From the NCBI RefSeq assembly GCF_009914755.1, contig NC_060930.1: DNA of 64,000 nucleotides, one strand, 5' to 3'. This DNA comes from the human T2T-CHM13v2.0 reference genome, Homo sapiens. Below are positions 53,131 to 64,000 of this stretch, in pieces. Numbering within the stretch: the first letter of the stretch is position 1; every line of letters begins with the position of its first letter. The position numbers were made by a program, and so were the translations under genes. The notes beneath the pieces are model-generated. The model had not been told where the DNA came from. It saw nothing but the letters and a program-made list of their open reading frames with translations, and did not search any database.

Positions 53131-54822
53131 TCTGTAGAGTAAACCCCTGGTTGATGAGTGAAAGCTGAGCCATCATAAATTGTACCCGTATTTCCTATAG
53201 TGTGTTGTTATACATTGAGATTTTGTTTCTGAGAGCACCTTCCATTCATAAAATTACAAAATTGATTTAAAATTTCTACAGCCACTTAATTAAATATGGA
53301 AAATTATGGAAAATTATGAAATCTATATTCCTTTTAAGGGAGACTATCTTTTCCTATTGAGTTATCAGCATATCCAATATAGGCATTTCACTTAATACTG
53401 TCTGAGAGAAATTATTTAGCAATTGAAGATGGGATGAAATGGTAAGTGAGAAAATTATATTCAAGGAATCTAGCTGGGAGACTGACTTAGTCTTGCCTAT
53501 AGGATAGAAGGAAAGGTGGGTTTTCAAGATCACGTGGGAGAAAAATCACTGAGTTCCTAAAATGATCATTATTACTGCCAGGTAAATCTAGCCATTCCCC
53601 AATTGCAGTGAAAAGCAAGCAATGACTTGATCCTAAGTGTCTGAGAACAGCTCCCTGAGCTCAGCCACAGTTCCTAGGATCTATTGTCATGATCCTTCTA
53701 AACCCTAGGCCTCCAGTTATAGATCTCTTTTAATTATACCAACACTTGTTGTTTCAGAACTTGTAAACTTTCAGCCCATTTAAACATTCTTATTTACTGT
53801 CTCACTTTTTTGTAATTAACTAATTTTATGATTTCTGCTATTAATTCTTTGGTTTTCAGAGTCATTTCTCTATTCAACAAGATTGTCTCTAAACTAAGCG
53901 TGTGTTTCTGAATACCACTTCATGAAGGTGGTTTTCAGAAGGGAAATTGCAGCTAAGTGAAGCACTGATAATTTGTCAACCTGGGTAGTTTTTACAGCAT
54001 GACTTGACTAGGATCTGGAATTAAATACCCAAGAGAGAGGATTAAAAATAGGATGGGTTTCAATATCAGAAAGTGAATGCTTGAAGTGTCTTTCCTGTCC
54101 TTTTCATTCAATTTATCACACGCACTGGCACTACAGTTTCTGCAAATGAGTAGTGTTTCCTCTAGGGCTTCCAGATTTAAATGGAACCAAAAGGGCTGAG
54201 TTCTTTTGGCTGGATCATTCTACATGCTTGTGAATTGCAATTTCAATGCAAATCATAATTATTGGCCTAGCAATAGCATATACTGTATCCCTCAAATGAA
54301 AACAAGAACTAGAAAGTTTTGCCCCTTTTATATATCTTGGTACAAGTTCAAATCATTTCACAGTAGTCCTATGTTTGACAGGCTATTAACATCTTATTTA
54401 ATATTATTGTTTTATTCATAGATAGGCAAGTAGTACCGTAAAAGTCAGGCGAGTTTTGCAGAACATACTTCTTTATTGATCATATTTTCCCAACAAAATA
54501 TATTTAAATATAGGTATAATTATACCCACAATATAGCAAAAGTATCACTACTGTTAATTAATATATAAATAGTGGTATAACTATATTATTATAATGATAT
54601 AAATAGCATTATAATTTAATTCATAATGTAATAATATTTAAATGGTTTTAATATTAAAATGGTTTATTTAAATTAAAATGGTTTTAAATCTTCTCAACAA
54701 TTGCAAGACGAAGTTTCTGAGAGGATTGATAAGAATTATAGTCCCATTGACTTTCCATCACTTCAGTGTGTGATTTGAGTGGTTTTATTGCAGGGAAGAT
54801 GGGCTGCAGAGTTATTGAATCT

Positions 54823-55125
<303 letters not shown>

Positions 55126-55172
55126 CGAGTTATTGAATCTTAAAGCTGCACAGAGCTCTCAGATCATCTGGT

Positions 55173-55436
55173 CCAGTGGCTTTCAAATTTGTGAACCACA
55201 AATACAGTGTGTGTGTGTGTTCATATATATCTGAAACAGAGTCTCTGAAATAGTGCTTATTAATATATTTTCGATTAAATTCTATTCTATTCTATTCTAT
55301 TCTATTCTATTCTATTCTATTCTATTCTATTCTATTCTATTCTATTCTATTCTATTCTTCTTTTATCTAATTCGTTTTTTAAAATGCCAAACAGGACTCA
55401 CTGATAGTCATGACTTGTGGTTGGAAAAACACGGAT
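55173..55436. mobile_element. hAT-Charlie MITE fossil hosting the ATTCT repeat
   Basis: TIR-like ends cagtggctttcaaa and ttggaaaaacacgg; internal tctgaaaca and ttttaaaatgc. Subfamily uncertain. Confidence 0.6.
55279..55358. repeat. (ATTCT)16 pentanucleotide repeat
   Basis: 16 perfect units (80 bp). Confidence 0.98.
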
Positions 55437-55734
55437 CTAGGCTAGCAGCTGTGTTTTACGGATGGGAAATCCAGAGTCTGGCAACACAAGTGTTGTCTAA
55501 GGTCAAAAAGCTCATTAGCTGCTAAAACGAGGGGGCTTTTTAAAACACAAGTGGAATTTCAAATTCAAGTCATTTAGCATTTGGTGCTTACAAAATGATT
55601 TATGGCTAGTCCAGAAAGCACTTTCGGATTGCTCTATTGGAAATCAGGAGACAACTGTGACCCATTACTCCTGTGCATCCGCACAGACACACTTATTCCC
55701 TCTGCTACTGGCCCTGTGACCCACCAGGCTAAAG

Positions 55735-55895
55735 GCTGTATTGGAACATAGGCACACCTATTTCTTTGCATATTTTCTTTGACTGCTTTTGTCATCCAGT
55801 GGCAGAGCTGAAGAGCTGTGACAAAGACGGTATGGCCCACAAAGCCTAAAATGTTTACTTTCTGGCCCCTTACAGAAAGAGTTTGCCAACTTCTG
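55735..55895 (-). mobile_element. MER58A
   Basis: tattggaacatag...tggcccacaaagcctaaaatgtttact...tggccccttacagaaagagtttgccaac. Confidence 0.9.
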
Positions 55896-55979
55896 GGAAT
55901 TGTCTGATAATGAATGTAAAGCACTTACAATTTCTGACACATGATAAATATCCAAAGAACAGTAGCTGTTTTTAATTTT

Positions 55980-56120
55980 AAAGTGGTAATGGTGATTAAG
56001 AGGATAAGAATTACAATTATTATGTTGGTAATGATAGAAATAATAAATTTTGATGGTGTCAATAGTAATGATAATGATGATGGCAATAATATTAATAACA
56101 GCAATAATAATAATATTTTA
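55980..56120. repeat. (AAT/GAT)n-like low complexity
   Basis: aatagtaatgataatgatgatggcaataatattaataacagcaataataataat, following a MIR 3' end. Confidence 0.75.
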
Positions 56121-56810
56121 TTTAGCTACCAGCTTTGAATTCTTTTATCTTATTGTAGAAGCCACTCCTGATATTGCCTAAGTTTTTCCTTTTCCCTGGT
56201 ATCAAAATTCATTTTCAAGGAAGAATCTGAAACTTGCTGTAAGATAAAAAAAAAAAAATGAAGCTCTACATATTGAGGCTTAATTGGCAGGTATGGAGAA
56301 GTATTTTGAGAGAAAACTCAGGTCTTCTTGTCCATTGTTGCATAAAGCAGCCTCAGTCTGCATATTTTTATTTTATTCTGGACAACTGCTTTGCAAATAT
56401 TTGCAGAGTATTCACAAGGGATTTCTGTTTCTTCCTAAGATCACACCATCAGCACTGTCAAAAGCTCTTACTTGTGTGGGGCTTGATGGTGAGTCCTGGC
56501 AGTTTTCCCATATCCCACAGGTGTCCTGGGAAAATATATTTGTCTTCTTTCTGACTTTTTTTTTTTTTTAATTTACAAAGCTAAGAAGAAGAAAGACATT
56601 CTTGTTTTGTACCCATAATTTCTGTGCTACACTAAGGTTTCCTAAATTTTGGAGAATTTGCTGTCTATGGCCTAAAAAATATAACCCTCATTGCTGCCAC
56701 CCACCGACCCCAAATGTGTCTTAAAGTAAATTAGACTCACTCAGAAACTTAGCATCTGTTTCTCTTCTCAGTTATAAATTCACAAATAGGATGTTTCTCC
56801 TTTTAAAGTG

Positions 56811-56824
56811 GTTTCCCTAGCAAC
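56811..56824. promoter_or_regulatory. RFX X-box motif GTTTCCCTAGCAAC
   Basis: Identical to 4376-4389; lies in a largely repeat-free block. Motif only. Confidence 0.45.
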
Positions 56825-58329
56825 TAAACCAACCTTATATGATCAGAGCAGTTTGTCACTTTTGAAGTTTGACTTTCTGACAAGGCCTTCTGGCTCAGGG
56901 AAATGAAGAAAACAACCTCCAAACACAAACATTTCGAAAACACTCAAGTGATGATTTACAAATGAATTACATTTGGGTGATTTTTCTGTAGATTGTGTGT
57001 CAACCACCATCACCACCACGCTCCACAGCCAGCCAGCAAAGATAGCCATCTCTTGAAGTAGCTATCGTCATAGCAGAGAACAGATGGGAGTGATTCTTAA
57101 AGGGGCTAAATTACCATAAAGATGTATTTTGGGAAGCGGTGGGTAGACAGAGATATAGGAAGACTTGCAGCAGGCAGCCACACAAAGCGAACTCACCTTG
57201 TGATTAGTTCATCTTGCTTATCTTGAGGCTAAAGTAAACATATTGGTCACAATTCAGGTACATCGTGGGGAAGACAGACTTTTGCTCCCTCTACTCAGAA
57301 GGAGTCAGGACAAAGTGAGAGGAAGGTGGGTCTCAGCTAACCCACCTTAGACTGACTTTTCATTTATTTTCATTATTTTAAAAATAATAATAACTGTTAT
57401 TTGTCTTTCGTGCTTTTTTTCCCCACTGTTGCTGTCCTATTTACTGATGACCAGAGTTAGGACCTCATTCAATTCTGGGTTTTCCTTTCCCTTCCAATCC
57501 CTTTCTGACTCCTGCTGTAACTGGAATGCAGTTGGGGATGGATAGAGTGATTGGGGTAAAAAAGAAGGGTACAGGAAACAGGACAACTGTCTGCTTTCTA
57601 ATGACATTTTCTATTGACCCCTCAACAAGGGGAAGAGAGAAATTATTTATGAGATCTGTAGAGACCCCCAAATGAGCTTCGAGTGAAAGAGCTTATGAGA
57701 GAAGAGTAAAAACAACAGCGGAAGCTTAGTCAGAGTTTGCAGAGTCAGAATCTCTGTTCTCAGTTTGAATTCATGAATTTGTTTGTTCATGAATTTGCTT
57801 TCATGGTCTCAAGATGAATTGCAAGTTTTCTTCCTTGGAAGATTTTCCCCGAGAGCACGGTGTTCCTCATAATAAGCAAGTCAAATGGGCAGGTCCCTCC
57901 CACTTGCTGGTACTTCAGATGGAGTGTGACTGAGGCTCTAGCAGCATCTAGCAGGTAGGCGATGTATGAAGTAAAGTAAAAAAGGCATGTTCTGCACAAC
58001 AAAAAACTTATATCTTATGCAAAGTAAATACCAATTCCAGGAAGCAGAAGGGAAATGTTTTGAAAAGATTTGTTCTTACAAAGGAACTTTTTAAATTTTT
58101 TGGTCAGATGTGTGGTGCATGCCTGCAGTCCAAGATACTTGGAACTTTTTAAGACCTTTTTTGGGGGCACAGGAAAATTTGTCTTCTGAACTTTGTACAG
58201 ATTATATTTCTTATACCAAGCTTGGAATACATTCAATTGAAGAGTTCTGTAAGTATTTATCAAATACTTACTATAGGTTTATTATTAAAATTGGTACTTT
58301 GGAAAGAGAAGCATAAAATGCTGACATAG

Positions 58330-58751
58330 TATGGTAGACACAGAAATGTGGTGCCCAGATCCCGTTTTGAGAAAGGTCTTGCTGTTGAGCTGTGGAAGGT
58401 GTGGTTGGCAGGTAGCATCCAACTGTCACCTCCTTCAGGGTCAACCTCATCTGCAGAGAGGCTCTCCACTGAGTGTACCTTCTCGGGGAAGCCCACAGCT
58501 GGTGAAGCCTTGGCTACTTTGGCTGGATATGGGAAGCGCTTATGGGCAGCACTTCCTAATACCAAGTGTTAGGGAGCTCCTAAGCTCCTTACCCAATTAG
58601 CCCAGGCTCCATTGGGTCTGCTTCATCACCCAACTTCTCCCTCTGCCAATCCTGCCTCTTCTTCTTACTTCCCACCAGCTTCTCTCTCATAAATATCTGG
58701 CACCCTGAATTTTGTCTCTGCATCTATCTCCAGATAATCCAACCTGCAACA
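58330..58751 (+). mobile_element. LTR16-family (ERVL) solo LTR
   Basis: gcccagatccc...caacttctccctctgccaatcctgc...aacctgcaaca; flanked by L2-like sequence. Confidence 0.8.
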
Positions 58752-59064
58752 TCCAGTTATTAATGATTTTGCAAACAATTCAAGAGACAGGACTATTCTA
58801 TGTGGGTCATTGATGCTGTGGCACAGAATGTAAGTGCTACAATGTTTTTAGATGAGACGGAGAGAGCTGAGCACTTCAAACATTAGAGAAGACTCCTGGT
58901 AGATCTGAACTCCTGACCTAAGATAGTGGAGGGTGAGAAGACAGGAAGGACGGGAAATGGAGCAACTGAGCCGAAGCAAGTAGTGCGGCTGTGAGGAAGT
59001 TGGCCTGGCTACCAAGAAGGCTACATGTTAGGGAAGAGTTAGAAATTGAATTGTTGTTAATTTA

Positions 59065-59450
59065 CTTAAGATTAGATCAGGCTGTGCAAAAGAGAGAAAA
59101 CCCCAAAATAGATGTTTGCTTTTTTCTTACATTAAGAAAAAGTTCAGAAATTTAGTTTTGTTCTTGTTTGAGATCTCTTCTTGCCAATTTATTCATGATT
59201 CTGTCTTCTTTAGAGGGAAGCCCTTATCATCAGGATCTAAGATGGCTGCTAGAGATCCAGCCATCACATCCAAATTCCAGACAGCAGAATGGAGGATGAG
59301 ATAAAGAAGGGCATGTCACATCATTTTAAAGAAACTTACTTTTAATTACTTCTCATTGGTTACAACTTAGTTACATAGCCATACGTACTAGTAAAGGAGG
59401 CTGAAGAGTATCCCTTCGACTAGGCAACAACATACACAGCTTAAAATTAT
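59065..59450 (-). mobile_element. MLT1 (K/L-like) LTR
   Basis: aagatggctgctagagatccagccatcacatccaaattccag...ctcattggttacaacttagttacatagcca...aaggaggctgaaga. Confidence 0.8.
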
Positions 59451-59654
59451 TGTTATTTTAAAATTACAGTTGAAATATATGACCACTCAGATGGTGGAAA
59501 CAAGTGAGACAAAATAATAAAAAAGCTAAAATCTAGTGTCTTGAAAATGATGGTGGCAGTAAAACATTCCTAGAAATTACAGAGAAGAGTTATTTTATAT
59601 ATGTGTGTGAAATGTCAAAAGATTTGGGGCATATTTAGTTGGAGGTTAATATTA

Positions 59655-59895
59655 ATAATCATCTAACGTATGTTGAGGGTTTTCTATGTAACAGGCATTA
59701 TTTCAAATGCTTTATATCTATTGCATAATTTAATGGAGCCTAACAGGTAGGTTTTTATAAATGGCCTATTATATATAAGGAAGTGGAGATTTTCAGGAAG
59801 GAAGACAATTGACCAAGGTCACACAAACTGTAAATGGCAGAACCCAGCCTCACACTCATGTTTGTCAAATTCCCCAATCCGATGACTTGCACCAT
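59655..59895 (-). mobile_element. MIR SINE
   Basis: ttgaccaaggtcacacaaactgtaaatggcagaaccc. Confidence 0.75.
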
Positions 59896-60105
59896 GGTTG
59901 CTCAATATTAGAGTCAGCAAGAGAAACATCAAAGAGGAGAAGCGGGAGCTCAGGAGAGAGCACAGACCTGGAAATGCACGTTGAAATTAGCCAGTTCTAA
60001 TGAGCACTGAAACCATGAGAGTAGAGAACATGAGAGAAGAGAGTCATGGAGGAGAGACCTCAGGCAATGGAAAGAGGAGGATGCCAAATGTTAAGTCTTG
60101 GGGAT

Positions 60106-60433
60106 CTTTCTTTCTTTTTTTTTTTTTTTTTTTTTGTTAGAGACGGGATCTCAAAATTTTACCCAGGCTGGAGTGAAGTGGCACGATCATAGCTCACTGC
60201 AGCCTTGGACTTCTGGGCTCAAGAGCTCCTCCACCTCCACCTCCCAAATAGCTAGGACTACATGTGCATATCATGCCAGGCTAATTTTTTAATTTCTTTT
60301 TTTTTTTTTTTTTTGTAGAGACAGGGTTTCACTCTGTTGCCCAGGCTGGTCTCAAACTCCTGGCCTCAAGTGATCCTCCTGACTCAGCTTCCCAAAGTGC
60401 TGGGATTACAGGAGTGAGCCACTGTGCTCGGCT
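60106..60433 (-). mobile_element. AluJ with expanded mid-A linker, inserted in L2
   Basis: gatcatagctcactgcagcctt and ctcctggcctcaagtgatcctcct; approximate TSD gggatctttc and gggtctttc. Confidence 0.93.
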
Positions 60434-60729
60434 GGGTCTTTCTCTTGAAGGAGGAGGGGAAGCAGGGAGGTCACTGGAAAAGAACCAGGGCAGGATGGTG
60501 TCAGGGAGGAGAAAGACTTTCTTGAAGATGAAAGGGACAAACAATATTTACAACACCGAAGTTCAGGGGAAAAAAAGTCAACTATTTGAGTAGCAAGAGG
60601 CCATGCATTGCTTATCTTTAGAGTGTTGAAAGAGGATGTGGGAATAGGTAGAGGAAGGTGGAAAATAGTGAACGAGCTGTTTAAAACTTGTAATGGCAAT
60701 CCTATTGCAAATAATAACTGATAATAGGA

Positions 60730-60955
60730 GTTAATATTTATTCTGTGCCTACTATGTGCCAAATACTGTTCCAAAGGCGTATGTAACTCATGTAACCACA
60801 ACCTTATGCGGTAGCTACTCTTATTATCCCTATTTTACAGATGAGAAAATCGAGGCAGTGAGAGAGTAAGAAATCTGTCCAAGGTTTCACTGCTATTAAG
60901 TGGGAAAGCTGGGATTGAAGCCCAAGCAGTTTGGCTGCTGAGCTCATGCTTAAGA
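60730..60955 (-). mobile_element. MIR SINE
   Basis: tattatccctattttacagatgagaaaatcgaggcagtgagag...tccaaggtt. Confidence 0.92.
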
Positions 60956-62667
60956 GTCTAGAATATCCAAAGATTTCTTTAAAAAGTAATGACTTTGCAA
61001 AAATCCACATTTATTCTTCTGATATAAAATCTCAGATACATTTTCATAGAAACTGTCAAGTGTACTTAATGATCATCTATTCTTCTTTACCAAAAAAAGT
61101 TGTTTTGAGAAGGAATTAGTTTGTTGTATATTTCCCATGTCAGCTTTGACAGGAAATATTATTATTTAAAAAATAATTTAAATTCAATTTGAAGTCTTGA
61201 AGAAAAATTTACTGCATTTTTACCGGTAACCTTACTGAGAAAACTGAAATGATACATTATGGACCTTAGTAAATGTCTCCAAAAAGAAAGAAGGCTTTCT
61301 GTCTTCATAGCAAAACATTTTAATAACTATGCACTGAAACAATGATTTTTTTTGTGTATCAAATTCCTTTATGCCTACAGGCTACTCAATTGAATGTCAT
61401 TAGAATATCTCAAAGCTATTTTCACATAGTTTGAAGGCTCGCCCATCTCCTACACAGTCACATGTTGATTTGGAAAAAAAAAATATATAGCTGTGCATCA
61501 TAGAGTATGGGCAGCATATTGGAATCTAAGGCTTATAGATTGCCAGCCTGCTCAGCGTCTCTAACCCTTTTCAGGTAACCAAATTTATTAATGCCAATGT
61601 GTGCTTTCAAAAGACTGAGAAGTGATTCTTAAAATGTTTTCACCAGGGATATCACAGAGAGGTTTTTAAATAAAATAGTACTGTGACGTTCAAAAACAAA
61701 GACTTCTCAAAAAGTATTTATGTTTTTAGAATTGGTAATTAGAACAGGCAGATTTGAAGGGGATAGGCTTGCTTTCCATGTAGACTTATCAATTAACAAA
61801 ATCATAACTGAGAATACAGCTTCATTTTATGAAGAGATATAAGGGTATAAATGTAAAGGCAAGAAAAAATGATAAAAGTTGATCAGAGAAAAAAGGAAAT
61901 CAAAATGCTGATTTAAAAGAAAAGTGCTTTGGAGTACATTCAGTAATCGTTTTTATGAAATTTTTAAATGATGATGATGTCACTGGCATGCATTGGTTCT
62001 ACGTACACACTTAATGTTAGATTTCTAGTTACCTTGGAAACTCAGGATTATAATATGCTGCTACAACAATAATAACTAATCTCTTTTGAAAGCTTATCAC
62101 ATGGTGCTCATCATGTTGGAGACGTCCCATGTATAATTTTATTTAATTCTTACAAAAGCTGTAAGTGTTAGATAACCTGTTTTCTTTATGGAAGTGATGG
62201 AGCCATTCTTTGTTGTGTTTGGTAGTGTCTTTATTTTAATTTGTGGACAAGCTTGATAAGTACATAAAGTGCTTTTTTTTCTGGTAAGATGATTGCTCTT
62301 TCAGTTTCTCTTTCATGATATACAAAATACCTTTATATAATGTATTATTTTAGTAACTTGAAATTTTTCCTTCTTCCATCCTATGTTACTGCTTTGTTAC
62401 ATGCCATGAGAAGAAAATTTTTAAAAATGTTTTCCTCATATTTTCTATGTTGCTTCTTAATATCTCACCTTTGAAATACTAGTCATTTCTGTCCTAGAAA
62501 GCTTTCTATTAACTAATGTGGTTAGTCAGAGAAGTGCTACTGAGGGGATTATATTATATTTGCAGCTACTGACTTACCACAAACTAAAAAATGCTTTGTC
62601 CTTTATCTACTATTCCTTTATACTTGACACGTAGCACTGTCTTATTTTCTCTGTGGTAGGCACACAA

Positions 62668-62775
62668 CCATTCATTCATTCAACAAATATATATTGAGCA
62701 TCTACTAAATGTTAAGCACTGGGGATGCACTGGTGATCCAAACAGGCATCATTAATTCTTGCCTTCATGGATGAT
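62668..62775 (-). mobile_element. L2 3' terminus
   Basis: cattcattcattcaacaaatatatattgagcatctactaaatgttaagcactgggga. Confidence 0.9.
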
Positions 62776-63324
62776 TGCATGTGTTGGGCCCCAGCACACC
62801 TCCCAGACTGTGAAAACACATTGGCAAACTGTAGACATCAGCTGGTTTGTTTTGCCCAGGATGAAAATTACTGAGTGTCAAATAATAAAATCAAGAGAAA
62901 AGACCATCCCAGTGTAATTTGCTCCACCTACAAATCTTCACCCACTTAATTAATCTTTTACAAATATATATGTATCTTCATTCAAAACAACACTTTGGTC
63001 TAAATGGTGATTGGTTCCAGAGGATATGGAGCAAATATTTAGATCAATTAACTTGCCACTGATTGTCATGTAACTTCTGATGAGTAAGATTTTTAGCTAT
63101 TGTGGACAAGAGTCACAGGGTTTGTAAAAATCTTTTGGATGATAGTAGACAAGGGTCAAGATTCTTAGAAGGTGCCTTTCTATTTTATTTTGGAGTAAAA
63201 ATATTAAGGGGGGAAAAAGGAGGAAATAGTGTAAGTAAACATGGTAATATTCTGATACTCTTATCAATTAGAAATTTTTGTTCAGTCTCATACATTTACT
63301 CTACCCTAAAAAGAAAGAGAGAAA

Positions 63325-63555
63325 TGAATATTTATTGGGTACCTACTATGTGCCAGGCCATACACTAGGGCTCTTATATGTCACTTAATTTTTACATCCA
63401 TCTTATGAGGTTCAGATGCTTTTATTATGCCCCTTTTATAAAAATAGAACTAAATTTCATGGAATTTGAGTAAGTTATATAGGATTATCCATGAATAATA
63501 AGTAGATTTATGTTTTTGAACCCAATTCTGACTCTAAATTCCATTGTTTCCATTA
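63325..63555 (-). mobile_element. MIR SINE
   Basis: atttattgggtacctactatgtgccagg...ttgaacccaattctgactctaaa. Confidence 0.85.
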
Positions 63556-64000
63556 GCAGAATTAATAAGTAGATGCTATAAAACATCATCTTGGAGCTCA
63601 CATATTACCTTGGATATTTTGGAAGATGAATATTGTTTGCTAACTACTTATGGTAACCATATGTAGCCATTCAACAATAATTTCCTGTGCTCATGTTGTA
63701 CTATCCATATTGAAAAGTATGTAGCTTTAGCACTCATGCTAGTGACAATATAATTGTATTCTTTGATATTCTTTATCTCATTTCTATTTTAAAGTTATAT
63801 TCCAAAATAACCATGCATTGCTTTTATAGTAAGAGAATAACAGCTTTGAACAGTGGGAAACTCAGCCTATACAGCCATATTTTGAGAATGGATACTGGAA
63901 GCTTGAGAAAAGTATTCCTCCGAGTGTAGTTCTCCTGGGTAGGAACCATATTAGAAAGAAGATCCTGGCTGGCTACTGCGTTGTTATATACTCTGTATTT

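Noticed and set aside
55279-55358. Identification as ATXN10 intron 9
   Set aside because: As I recall, the SCA10 repeat directly adjoins Alu sequence and has different flanks; here it sits within a hAT fossil. BLAT would settle this.
58095-58145. Short Alu-like stretch (gtggtgcatgcctgcagtcc)
   Set aside because: About 40 bp and too degenerate to call confidently.

Overview
AT-rich, CpG-depleted primate (very probably human) non-coding DNA. I found no recognisable protein-coding exon, CpG island, RNA gene or prokaryote-type system. A large fraction is interspersed repeat: 10 near-full-length Alus (J, S and Y, most with visible target-site duplications, TSDs), L1/L2/MIR fragments, solo LTRs (MSTA, THE1D, LTR26-like, LTR16-like, MLT1) and DNA-transposon fossils (MER20, MER5A, MER58A, MER2, MER53, MER91A, MADE2, MARNA, Charlie). 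The ORF track consists of chance or repeat-derived frames. The window is most consistent with a large intron or intergenic region; L1 orientation weakly favours a + strand host gene, which I cannot identify. The best leads are modest: candidate enhancers (a TGACA/E-box cluster at 45.4-45.6 kb, a POU site at 36.5 kb, two identical RFX X-boxes), a (GGAA)16 microsatellite, an (ATTCT)16 repeat, a solo poly(A) insertion with TSD, an inverted Alu pair, and several unverified exon-like segments. Repeat family names come from recalled consensus sequences, not a RepeatMasker run, and boundaries of old repeats are approximate. I did not find convincing evidence of a new biological system.
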